A stretch of DNA of 63,544 bases, counting the filler, from Choristocarpus tenellus KU-1152 (taxonomy: Eukaryota > Protista > Phaeophyceae): assembly GCA_964200185.2 (NCBI GenBank). It is 9 parts of 9 records of this genome, joined end to end, with 100 filler letters (N's around TTAATTAATTAA, not from the genome) between each part and the next. Parts side by side here need not be neighbours in the genome. Positions count along the whole stretch, not along the records: positions 1 to 12,066 come from CAXNAD020002000.1; 8 more parts are not named here. The stretch is one strand, 5' to 3'. How positions within the stretch are numbered: position 1 is the first letter of the stretch; every line of letters begins with the position of its first letter. Below the pieces are notes generated by a model that was not told where the DNA came from, ran no database searches, and was given only the letters and a program-made list of their open reading frames with translations. Both the position numbers and the translations under genes were made by a program. This document shows positions 1 through 12,166 of this stretch, in pieces.

Positions 1-880
1 CTGACTCCGATGGTATGCTAGGGCCAATGAAGATCTTTCCCTCCCTTGGTGTGCCTCATTTGGAAGGCCGGCCAGTTGTGTCCTGAAGAAGTCAAAAAGG
101 ATCTTGTTGAGGAGGCGTGTGATTTCGTGTTGAGCCCTCCTTGTGATCCTGGTGTCATGGGCAGCTAGGATATGTACCTCTAGGGCAGGTGCAGGGGATG
201 TTGTTCCCCACCAAGTTACTCAGTCTTGGCCAATGATTTCGGCAAGGTCTTCTGGGGGAACACCTGTGACTAGGAGAGAGTGAATGGATGTTCCTAAGGC
301 CTGAATGGTGGGGCTCGTGCAGATAGCTTGCGAGAAGGACTCACCATGAGGCCCTTGCTGCCTTGCTAGGAGGGTGGGGAGAGTAGCTACCAGTGATCCT
401 ACGAAAGCCACATGTTGGCGGTGTTTCATAGAGGAGAAGCCCAGACCCTCCACACTTGTAGACATCTGCGCCTATACTTGTTGGTGGGTCTCTAGGGGAA
501 GAGACCCATTGTTACACCCTCCCTCGAAGAAATCTGTCACCTCTATTGAGTCAGCTACCTCCATTATCCTCTCTAGTGTCCATAAGGAGGTGTTATCTGC
601 TTGCTCCATGGCGAAGCGTGCCAGGAGGGGGGCAGTGACCCTCACTAGGTAGCCTAGCCGGGAGGAGAGGGACCAGGAGTTGAGGAGCCAAGCCACCTGC
701 TTGTCCTCCATCTCGCTGAGGTGTGTGACCAAAGCTCATGTCCCAGAGCTCTCAATCACCTCCGCCATGTGAGCTCGAATAAAATCATCTGTTCCCACCG
801 GAGCCCCTAGATTGACAAAACCATTGGGATTCGGGGCTAGGTTGATTCCCGCTGTAGAGAGAAGCTCAAGTTCCGAGGAT
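1..880 (-). mobile_element. Degraded non-LTR retrotransposon (CRE/SLACS-like), C-terminal part of the reverse-transcriptase region
   Basis: One minus-strand frame read through stops gives GFVNLGAPVGTDDFIRAH...DKQVAWLLNSWSLSSRLGYLVRVTAP...QQV*AQMSTSVEGLGFSSMKHRQHVAFVGS. This matches the LGxPxG / Q-A-LLLR..RL.YL.R / LP...GGLG..AF.S pattern that follows the RT core of CRE-clade elements. Several premature stops. Confidence 0.7.
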
Positions 881-968
881 ATATATCAATTGACAGGGTA
901 TGACAAGGGCGTTTGAAGGTTTGTATCCACGAATACACAGTCTTCGGGGAACTGGAGCTATGTCCCAA
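881..968. repeat. Dispersed repeat, second copy at 22241-22328
   Basis: atatcaattgacagggtatgacaag...tttgtatccacgaat...cttcggggaa..ggagctatg.cccaa is shared with 22241-22328. It marks where the LINE relic stops. Confidence 0.75.
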
Positions 969-1355
969 TAAAAAAATGGAAAAAAACGCGGGGGATTATC
1001 TCCGCCGCAACTAAGGTCACGACTTCAAAACGGGTTAAAACGAAGTGGTTCGCTGAACTCCTTGCAGAAAACTGGTATGGGGTAGGTCGCTACCCTAGTT
1101 TGGCAGGTGGGGCCGCACCGAGAAAAAAATAAGACATAAATCCCAAGATTTGTGGACATTATTATATCAGGACATCTTTTTAACGCCTTTTGCAGACTTT
1201 CTGTGAGCACACACACGCGTGACTTACACAGCAATATGAACCACGACGGTGAGACAAGGAGGGCCGCCGAGGTCACTCTTCCCTCTGGATCTTCCCTCGG
1301 CAACTTCTCTGTCGAGAGGTGACGGAAAAACAAGTACCGTCTGAAACTCAGTGCG

Positions 1356-2510
1356 ATGTTAGGTGACGAGAAAGTGCGAATAGTGTGGCACAGGAGTATG
1401 ATCGAATCGCGAAATGGACCACGCGGTCGTGGCACTGACGCTAAGAGAAGATGCATTGAAAGCATTACCACACAGACGTGGTTGGGTCTTCAACTACTTC
1501 GGAGAACTGCTCTGCAAGAACTGCCACCTCGGGAAAACAGGAAGAGAGCGGCAAGTCCATCACCAGGTGGTACAGTGGCGAAGTCTGTTGGGAAACCTGC
1601 TCGTGGCGGGCGAAAGGAGAACCAGAGTGTCCGCCCGAAGGGAAGGTTGGGGAAGAGAGCAGTGCGACTGTGTGCCATTGCGCTCATGAAACGCTCAAAC
1701 GAAAACCCGGGTGTAGAATATCTCAGTAGTCGACAGTTGCAGCAGGCCCTGGCTGTTTGGAAGCTGTTCGAGCCGGAGTGGCTTAAGGAAAAGAGAAAGA
1801 AGGTGTTAGGGTTGGGCTACAAGGGCTCTTAATCCCGAAAGAAGGTCGAAAGGGCTCACAAGGTGGAGGAGAAAGCGATCGTTATAAAGGCAGCTGTGGA
1901 GACTTTTCGATATCACCAAATCCTTTACTTCGAAGAGGTCGCGAAGCAGATGGAGGTAGTCATCGACGAGGACGCTAGGGCAGAAGAGGAGGTGAGATTG
2001 AGACTCAACCTTTTGCAAGATGCCTTACATTCACTTTTGTTCCTGGACTTGGCGTTGGATGTATAAAGTTGATTATGGCTTCCTCCCAGCCTGCATTCAT
2101 CCGAGAAATCAACACAATTTTCGTTCAACTCAAGTCTGTCTTCCCTCGCCCTTGCGCCTTGATAAAATATCCTCCGCCCAGGAAACACGGACGACGCCCA
2201 TTCCCAGCGCTCAACAAGGAAATGTGATGGTAAAGGCTCTAACACGGCGAATCTTGTACCTGTGTATGAACGACAGGAAAGACCGTCAAACCGCGCCCAA
2301 GATGACAGCAGGATATGCGATGGTCAGGTCGGAAACTGTGAATAAATGGGAGAGAGACTTCCTAACTAAGGGCCACATCAAGGTGTCGGAGCAAGGGCGC
2401 TACTAGAGGCGTTTCGTTCTGGGCGTCGACGAGGACATCCTTGCCGAGGTTAAAGAGTGGGTGCGGGAACAAACAGGAACAAAGTGTGGGGAGGCTTTTT
2501 TCCCGCATAA
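1356..2510 (+). pseudogene. Frameshifted transposase-like gene remnant (N-terminal part, possibly IS630/Tc1-mariner-related)
   Basis: Successive ORF pieces with CKNCH and ...ETVNKWERDFLTKGHIKVSEQGRY*RRFVLGVDEDILAEVKEWVREQ resemble the 'W.R.F...G....S.RG.H......DED.....W.R' N-terminal segment of eukaryotic DDE transposases. The catalytic region is not seen. Confidence 0.35.
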
Positions 2511-2520
2511 ACCCTATACT

Positions 2521-2650
2521 TTAATCAAGTATAGTGCATCTGATGCCACTCTTGGTGAACTACAATCCCGGGTTCGAACCCAATATGAGCGCTCTTTCTC
2601 CAAAACAAAATGAAAAAAAATGAAGCCCGCTCTCTGGAGGGCCTTGTGAA
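2521..2650 (+). mobile_element. tRNA-derived SINE-like repeat, copy 1
   Basis: A-box-like AGTATAGTG and B-box GGGTTCGAACCC, followed by tatgagcgctcttt. A highly similar reverse-complement copy lies at 63450-63544 on a different contig. Confidence 0.55.
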
Positions 2651-2664
2651 CATATGGTCGAAAA

Positions 2665-5600
2665 AAAAGAATTATATACGACACTCTACAAACATCATGG
2701 ATATATTACATACAATGTGTGGGTATTTGGTCCAGTGTGGGTGTGATATTTTTTATGCTTTTTCAACTATCTCCATTTCATTCACCCAAGCTGTTCATCT
2801 TGGGTTCTATATCTACACTTCCTTTTGCTATTCACAAACCCTCAACCTGACACGTGATCAATGTATTTTTCCCATTTGCAAAGTCCTATGCAGCAGAGTA
2901 TTGTAGGGAACCATTGTGGTGTTTAGAGCAGAGCTTCATATGGTGGACCTGGCAGGAGGAGAGTATCCATCTCATCATCATTACCACATACACATATATC
3001 TCAGTGTTTTTCTTCACCGAATTTGTTTGAGAGGTTCGAGGTCAGACTGGATGAGTCCTACAAGCAGAACGATGAGTTTGTTTACCTGTTTACCTTGGGG
3101 AAACCATCAGTGATGTTACCGGTACTATTACTGCTGAGATCAGCTGGAGGACTTAGAATTAGAAGGGTTGAGGTTGTTTTTCCAACATACAACCAAAGTG
3201 CTTAAAAATGTTGCTTTCTGATATTCTCTTTTTCAGGTGGTTTTCTTCCATGTATGATTCCATTGTTCATCACTTTCTTTTTCTTATCTCGTTTTTTTAT
3301 GGATATTTTTTTTGTGGTAATTTCCTCCTGCAAGCTCCATATTTCTCCTCTTCTACTCCTTTTCATTTCTATCATTTCTATCATTTTTATCATTTTGTTT
3401 GCGATTGTTTGACCGCTGCTTCTTTGTTTTTCTTATTTTTCTGGTCCTTGTTGCCTTTTCTCAAGCAGTCTTGATTGTGCATTATCTTGATTGGACTACC
3501 GTTCGGACCACACGTCTTGGATCCCTCATCAAGCTAATGTGATGACAATGACAGTAGACCCGTGGTTGAACAGGTTAGCCGAAGAAGGCAATAAAAACTG
3601 CTGGAGAGATGCAGGGTATATAATACTCGGTAGAAGGCAAGAAAAAAAGGTAGTGGTGCAAGAATATTGTAAAGGGGGAGAAAGAGAATAAAAAGGAAAT
3701 GAAAATGTGCCTAGCTGTGACATCGCAATACTCATCATGCAAAAAACTGTTTCAGGAATCAAGGGTGAGGGAGGATTCAAGTATAGCACAGTATGTACGA
3801 ATGATCGCATTGTGTGGAGATGTCTTTTTCACAAGAGATTTTATTGATAAATTTGGCGTCCATATGTACGTACTGCGTACTATATTTATATTGAAAACAT
3901 CAACCCTATCCACCAACCATAGTAACAATAAGAAGAAAGTGATGAACAATGTATCAGGAAGTGATAAACAATGGAAGAAAATCAACTCAAAAAGAGAAGA
4001 TCAGAAAGCAGCATTTTAGAGCACTTTGGTTGTATATTGGAAAAACAACCTCAACCCTTCTAATTCTAAGTCCTCCAGCTGATCTCAGCAGTAATAGTAC
4101 CAGTAACATCAATGATGGTTTACCCAAGGTAAAAAAACAGGTAAACAATTTTATCGTTCTGATTGTATGACCCATCCAGTGACTGGACCTGCATGTGTTG
4201 GAACTGCTGCCTGACCTCGAACCTCTCAAACAAGTCTGATAAGAAGCACGCTGAGAAATATGTGTATGAGGGAATAGTGATGAGACGGATACTCTCCTCC
4301 TGTCGGGTCCATTGTATAAAGCTCTGCTCCAATCACCACAGAGGTCTCCTAGAATACTCTGCTGCATAGGATTTTGCAAATGGGAAGGATGCGTTAATAA
4401 CACACTGTCCTGTCCTACCAAAAACGCACATGACACGCCCTTGTGTATTGTGCAGATTGGGTTTGAGAGTGTCTTGGCAACTGTTTGAAAAAAGAGATTG
4501 CTATATATTAATATTTGCAGGTTGGAGGTAAGCTGCACGAATGTTGCATCAGCCACGACCAAAGGGATTGATGTTTGGGGAGGTTGGAGATGGAAAATGG
4601 AAGCGATGAGGCGGAAAGGAGGGAAAGAACTGGTGGATGTGCCTGGGAGACCACCTTGAGAAGTTTGATATATCATAGGTAGTGGTGGGATGAAACACAA
4701 GAAAGGACAAACAACAGACACAGTAGTACAGTGGGTGATACCAATTTGTGGTTCATGAAACAAACAAACTTCACCATGGCAGAGTGGCATTACAAGGAAG
4801 CTGTGATGGCTGATACGTACATGCACGTCATGCTAAAGCACCACTTAAGCCAGTCCAAAAACTACCACCACCACCACCACCACCACCCATCAGAGTGGAG
4901 GGTGGTCACCATGGGCCCCTCGTTAAGAGTAGGCGCCGTGGGACATTTCAATGCCAACAATCCGTCAAAGGGGTCAAAATTGAGAGGCCTTCCATACCAT
5001 GATAGTTGATACAATTTGATCAGTGAACACAACTTGCTATTCTAAGCAATTGATATGATGTGTTGACATCACCTTTGCCTACAATCAACGATTTCATTCC
5101 TCCATCGCTTAGGCAACTCCTCTTAGGGAATGTACACATCTTCATGGTCATTCTAATAACGTGCATTCTGATTTTGGTCAGCGAGCGTGACAATCTGTAG
5201 CACTCTCTAAAATTATAGCGTTTTGGAGTACCTAGCCAGATAGCGTCCGAGGCAGAGAGTTACAACCCACTCAAAAGTAACAACTTGTTCTGAAAGGTAT
5301 ATGATATTGCCTTCTCTCCAGTACCTTTCGACCACAGCCTCATGTTTTTGTTCTAAAGAATGATTACACTTCCGAAAGTGGTAAGCAAAAGGATTACTGC
5401 ACTACATACAAAGCAAACACAGTAACATACTAAACAATATGAATTTTCTAGACATTTTCTCCCTTCGTATCCAACTTCTACTACTTCAATGGACTTAGGG
5501 TTAGGGTTTCAATCGTCAGGGTGTGTGACTTCTGATGCTACCTATGGGATGCTGTTTCTAACCAGATACATACACATATTTGTAGTATGTCTTGGGAGGT

Positions 5601-5790
5601 GTTAGGTTGAGGGTTTGTGATTGCAAAAGGAAGTGGAGATATAGAACCTAAGATGAACAACTTGGATGAATGAAATGGAGATAGTTCAGAGAGCATCAAA
5701 AAGATCACACCTACACTGAACCAAATACCCTCACATTGATTGTATGTAATACGTGATGTTTGTGGAGTGTCGTATATCATTTTGTTTTTT
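2665..5790. repeat. Large interrupted inverted duplication: left arm ~2665-3287, right arm ~3925-4392 plus ~5598-5790
   Basis: 3023-3287 is the reverse complement of ~3925-4235 (both ORFs contain LLLLRSAGGLRIRRVEVVFP.YNQSA). 2865-2975 pairs with ~4280-4392, and 2665-2855 pairs with ~5598-5790. Confidence 0.85.
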
Positions 5791-6991
5791 ACCCATAAGT
5801 TCCAGAGTTGCATCTTATGGACAGTGAAGGGGTAACGTAACTTGAAGTCAATGATCTGCACCATTTTCATATTGATATTCTACCTAGTAGATAATATCAA
5901 TATCAATATCATTATCAGTATCAACATCCACAACAATACTGTAATAACAATGCTAGTAGGATTAAGATTTACGATTCTCAAGGCTTAGGATATGAAATCA
6001 GATTGTATATTAATAGTGACAAACACTACTAGTTAGATTCACTTTAACGTGGACGGTTTCGACAGAATGCCTTTCCATCAATCCGTTCAACTGGCATGTC
6101 TACCACGTCCCACCTTCACCACAATCAATACTCATCAGATATTCGTCGTCGCTACATCAAAGGTCTGAGCAGGAGTCTGTCTTCCTTACCAACATATACA
6201 CCATATAGTATTGATCTGGCAATTTTTCCATTACAGAAGAAGTCATTTGTCACTTATGAAAGGGCCATCCCAAGGCACATGGTGGAGGGGAAATTTGCGA
6301 ACCTATGTTTTTTGCCGATGTGCTGTATTATTTGAACCCTGTTCTGACTCTATAGGACAGACTGCCTTTCATGAAGTATAATTGACACCACAACTATACC
6401 ATAAGATGGCTATACTTCTACTACATCAAAACCCATGTAATGAAGCATGTATGGACGAAACAATTGGTATCCCTTGAAGAAAGCGAGAAGAGAGGCAGAC
6501 TCTAGTCGCAAAACAAGAGACAGACAATACTTCCTAGATAGTCTACACCTTTGCATCCACAGGAAAAACTGCAGTGATTATCCACATATTGCGTTGCACG
6601 GGTCCATACACTCATGCCCCACACAGGTCCAACTACACCTAACTTCAAGAGGTACACCACCGTAGTGCAGCAACCTAAGGCAACCTCGATCGAGGAAATC
6701 CTCTACCTAGCATCAACATTTGACTTTGACTGATCACACACATCCATGCGCCTCCCATGCCTGACCCCCACTCTAACCATCCCTTACCCTTATATTTTCC
6801 TTGGCCATTACCTAGACCTGTCAAGAAAAAGGAAAGGTTAAGAGATAGGTGTGCTGCACAGCTTGATCCGCCATCCCTCAACTAGTTTTCACCTAGTACT
6901 TGGGCGGCCACCTCGTTCTGCAGTTTCCTATTGAGCTTCCCGCCAAGGATCCTTTCTCATGCTTCATCATTTATCATCCCATTGAAGGGAG

Positions 6992-9900
6992 TCAGGAAAG
7001 CGGTCCAACCATGGCTCGAACTCGAAACCCTTGCTTTTGCCATTGGCATTCTCCCATGCCTACACCTATCTTCCCATTTTTCAATATCAGCTTTTCCATC
7101 AGAAGTTTAATAATTTCCCCTCGACCCATGTTCATGGCCTCAACTATAAGGGGTCTACTCTCTGCATAACCATTCTCCGAACAATGTATATCTACTTCTG
7201 GGTTCGCCCCAAACTCAAGCAATGCCCGGACTGCATCGACATGCCCTCGTCTCACGGCCAAACCCAGGGCCGTAGTCCTTTAAAATGAGGGCATTGGTGG
7301 AGGACAGAGAGGACAAGAACTGAGAAGAGAGGTTTTGAAGGTCAAGAAAATGGTGCAACTGGGTGCGATGACACGACTGCTCTATCTCAACAACTTGAAA
7401 CACTTGAGAAAGTTGAGGTAATGTTGTCATTCTTGCCATCTACAGTTGATGGGGAAGCAGAACCTACATCAAACTCAACGCTAGGAGTATAAAAATAATC
7501 ATTTTCCTTGCGTTCAAAAAGTGATCAGGGCTACTCTAACATCATCACAGAATATAGGAAGGTTCCCATCAGTCCCAGCGGGTCCACCTTACCTCTCGTT
7601 GCAACTTGCCTTCTCTTGTCAATCGTTTGGTGGGTCCGGAGCTCACTGAAGTCTCAACTCACAACTCAAACGATCACACACTCGGAAATAACAATGCCTC
7701 ACCACGGTGGTGTATTTTTCCTGCCATGTACTTCAAAGCATGTTGCATATCCTTGTATATCTAGCAACAAAGAAAACTCATATATCGTTCTGAACAAGAA
7801 ATACTTGACGCGATTTACACACTGCTAATGATACAAATACTACATCTTTTTCTTCCAAATTTCATGGCAGAACCTTCTCTTGCTATTGCCTGCCTTTCTG
7901 CCATTTCACATTTCGATACTTCAGGTCGCCCTATACTGTGAGATAGTACCTAGTGAAAGACATAAATCGACCAGTTGAAGGAGTTCATATAATATACAGC
8001 AAAGAGATCATTGAACAACGTGCCAGGGAGAGACAGCAGCAAAAACGATACTGCCAAAGGGGAATGAGAAAATAAACGAAACAGAGGATGTTTTTTACAT
8101 AGATAAACTGGGCGTTTCATTCACAAGAGGTTTCGAGGAGAAGGTTTATAACTGCATTGTTCCTCTACGGAGGCAACACACACGCGAACACAAGCACAGG
8201 ACTAGAATATTTTAATGGAATAGCTCAGACATTTCACGTCAAGGTGTTGAAATACTACGAGTAGTCCCTCAATGCCTCACACAAGAGTTGAAGCCTATTC
8301 CCAACCCTTTGCCTCAACTGCTAGTGCCCAAAACAGAGAGAACATACAACCATACAGTGCGGCTCAACATGGACTAAGACAATAAACCTGTCAACAAAGC
8401 ACCAGATATTGGTCGATGAGAATATGTACACGTCACGTCTGTGGAATAGGCGGGTAACAAACTTTTTGTATGATCATGAAGAAGTGCTGCCAATCCATGC
8501 ATGACAATTACGACGCATGCCAGGAGTCGTGACCTGTGCTGAGCACAAACAGGCAAAGGGGGTCTTGCAGATGGCGTTATACATCAGTTCAGAGTGCACC
8601 CTTAAAGCAAGGGAGATGACTACATCAGAATGCTACTGGCCTTGGAAATTCCTTGGTAAATGTCATGGCGGACCAGTTCAGCAACAGCAAAAACGGTCAG
8701 TCTATCCAAGAACAGTCCCGCAGAGTTTTGTTAAACCAACAAATGTTTTATCAGTTTTTAGTGCACAAGATACAGAGGATACAGAATATGACTTGGGAAA
8801 TTGACCCCTCCTCCCCCCTCCCCTCCAAAAAAATCTTGAATTGGTGACTATGTACAATACTGTGCAGTAAGAACGCAAAATTGTGGGTCTACTTCAGGCA
8901 ATTGACCTTACTGAGAATTTTCCTTGTTCAAGATTCAAACTCCTTGACTTAGGAATCAGCAGATAGAGAGCTGATTGTTCGTTGACGAAGTTTTCGCTAA
9001 AGGTATGAGATTCGTCGACAGGATGGGTTGAATGGAGTAATAGTTGGAAAGATACACTTCGTATCAGTTTCTGACATACTGAGAATTTATATTCAGTATG
9101 GAAGAGCCGTTGTTCAAGGCCATGTGGGAGGTCAACATGAGCTGTGATTGTGCAGGATGCTCGTGTCTTCAAGCTCACTTGGACAGTCAGTCCCCTTGCC
9201 CCATCTCCAAAGTAAATAACGGAGATCAATAAGATGTACAATTTGAGCACGTTCTGTGCAACCTGTTCAATTAAGGCCCCCATAGCAACCACTTGATATG
9301 GACAGACATCTTGATCATCGAGGCAAGATCGATGGGATACAGCATATTGCAGACAGACAGTACCACATCCAGTCAATATGAAATGACTACTTCTATAGCA
9401 GCATGTATAGACTATTCCGTTGGTGTCAGCATTTTTGTACTGTGTTCATTGTCCCTACACAACAATATTATCAATATCCACTGCTATTCTTCTCCTCCTA
9501 ACCAACTACAATTATTACTTCTATTCTTCTCCTTCTAACCCCCTGCTCGGAGTATAATTATTCCATCAGTATTATTTGTGTTTTTCCATTGTATTCAAGG
9601 AAGATTAGGTCATCTTCTGATAAGGTATAATTAAAGGTAAACACATTTGCAAAGACTAACTCAAAGACTGGACAAGATAAACAAGATCCCATTCCCTAAC
9701 CCTAGATTTGACCCCAACACGTCAGTTCAGCATGCTGAGTAGCCCTGCATTGTTACAGAAGTTGAGGCTTGAGAAGAGTTAGTGTAGTTGCACAGTAGCA
9801 GGGACTTCCAGGAAATGGAGGTGATTGTTTGGGAATTTGTTTTGGAGGAAAGGTGCACCTAGCCACTTTGCAGCAATGATTGCACAAATCACATTCTATC

Positions 9901-12066
9901 CATCAACAAAAGGTAGAGTGAAGACTTGTGAATCAGCACAACATTGTATCCCCAGTCGCATCCAATCATTCCAGTGTACAATTTAAAAGAATTCCAGGAG
10001 ATACCCAGTACGGGAGCATAGCGAAGCAGCATGCAAGATACTCCCTCCTGTCATTTAGTACGCCTCTATACAACACAACTCCCGATGTTACTCCCCCATA
10101 CACCACATCTCAAGAGAATACCTCCAACATCAAGCAAACCAGACGATCCAAGTAGCTTCAATGTAAAATCTTGTCAACTGCTAATAAAGGCACAGCTTAT
10201 CATCTACACATACACAAATTCATTGCTACTCATCCTCTACAACAAAATCATACATGACTACCAACTCGTATAAAATATCAATCAAATTCTGGAGCGGTGT
10301 ATTTTGGCGAATTATTGTTCTGGAATATTAGTTGTACAGACACTTTATAATGTAAACAGAGTAAAGGTGAAATATCAAGTCATTGCTTAGAAAACATATA
10401 TGTATCGTGATTGTTTTGCCCAAAAATATGACCCAAACTCTCAATAAAGTCCAACAATACATACACAAAGTATCAATATGATTAGCTGCAAATATAGTAG
10501 TATCACATACTGCTCGCACCATATCCACAATATAATATCTACCCAACGGGAACACACGCTGTGGAATACACTACTTCTGGGTACTGATGCTACTTCATAC
10601 AACACAAACTAACCACACTTTTGTGTGCAGATCTGTATTATTGTAACATGTACTTGGTTCATTGTATTGCACTATGTTTTGATGTAATTCAATGTATTCA
10701 TGAAAGAGAAACATCTAAACAAAAATAGATTCAAATTTTACTTTATCCATGCAATCATACCCTAAAAACCTCAAGTTCATCAGTGCAGCCTACATCCCCA
10801 TCCCCCCATCATAATTCTCACCTGTTTGGAACCAATGTTAAAGCTTCCAAATCACAAACCTCCGACCAACACAAGGCCCGAACTGCATCTCCACTCCCAT
10901 GGATTGCGGCAAAATGAATTGGTGCCATGAACCCCTTGCCAGGACTGAGTGCGTTCACATCCGCCTTCGCCCCTAACAACTCCTTCACCACCATCCCATG
11001 GTACTTGTCCCTCTTTCCCGCCTGTTGGCCTACTTTTCCCCCTGACCTCGTTCGTTTGGTTGTCCCAACGTCCTCCTGCTTGGACATTGCCTCAACAGCC
11101 ACGCCTGCAGTGATACATGCAAGAGCCAAAGGCGAACGTCCATCTGTACTGAACCTCTCTGGATCTGCACCGTGGAGAAGGAGATACCTCACGATCTCTG
11201 CCAGCTTCTTTGAGGGTAACTCGGAAACAGCAGCAATTAGAGGCGTTTTTCCAGTACAGCTGTTTGGGAGGTCCACACGTCCTCCTGCCTCCAGTATCTG
11301 TTGGGGAATGGTGCCTATTTATGTATTTAAAGAGTGGAAGCAGAAAGAGAGACAGAGGTGACAGCAAGTGATGCCCTAACCCTAAGGATAACCATAACCC
11401 TAAGGATAAGAAAATTGAAGCGGAAGAGGGTGCTACGAAATGCTACAATATGTGCACCCATGGAATAAATAGGCTCTGCATGTTGCGCTAAGCCAATAAG
11501 ACTTGCATGTATTTACCCCACAAATGTCCTTTACCTTGTCAATTTTGGCATTTACTCTCTAGCACTACTCCTATGGACTAGTGAATGTAGGAAAGCAACA
11601 TTCAGTTGTGTGTGGTGGTGATCCAAAAGAGATGACCCTGATGGTGGCACATTACTGCACAAAATCCATCAACAAAATAGTAGCTACTGCTACTTTACAC
11701 TTGATTGCTTTCCCCTGAAAGTTGGCAATATAATGAACGAATGACATGACCAATACAATCTGTCACACTACAGTAAGGGTCACCCACCAGCTTGACAGCC
11801 ACGGGCTTGTAGGCCGTGACGGCCACTAGTAGTGGGGTAACACCTTCCAAGTTACGGCGATTCACTTCTCTCTTCAGAACCCGTGGAAGCAGCAGCTTCA
11901 ATATCTCCACATCTGAGGCTGATGCAGCAAGGTGCAGAGCATTCACCCCCTTGTCATTCAACCAAAGATCAAGTACAGCTCCGGCCTCCACCAATACCAT
12001 CACATTACTAGACCCGCCACTCCCCGCTGCATGGTGGAGGGCAGTGTATCCCCTCTCATCTGAGCA
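6992..12066 (-). CDS. Ankyrin-repeat protein, 5'-truncated; exons 11788-12066, 10822-11297, 6992-7277
   Basis: Ankyrin repeats GYTALHHAA, GVNALHLAA, GVTPLLVAV, GKTPLIAAV, GRSPLALAC, MAPIHFAA and TTALGLAVRRGHVDAVRALLEFGANP. GT-AG introns with matching phases (0, then 2). Stop TGA at 6992. Confidence 0.9.
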
Positions 12067-12166
12067 NNNNNNNNNNNNNNNNNNNNNNNNNNNNNNNNNN
12101 NNNNNNNNNNTTAATTAATTAANNNNNNNNNNNNNNNNNNNNNNNNNNNNNNNNNNNNNNNNNNNN
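12067..12166. other. Artificial contig spacer (44N-TTAATTAATTAA-44N)
   Basis: Identical 100-bp spacers also at 22372-22471, 27837-27936, 40408-40507, 44695-44794, 47830-47929, 50937-51036 and 58928-59027. The core gives stops in all six frames. Confidence 0.98.

Noticed and set aside
2521-2590. Functional tRNA gene
   Set aside because: The 5' acceptor strand and anticodon arm do not pair, and similarity to the second copy extends past the tRNA-like part.
3987-4826. 279-aa ORF
   Set aside because: No recognisable domain, and it overlaps the inverted-repeat arm whose other copy is not open. Probably spurious.
12111-12122. Recurrent TTAATTAATTAA palindrome as a biological site
   Set aside because: It is always centred in N runs, so it is an artificial linker.
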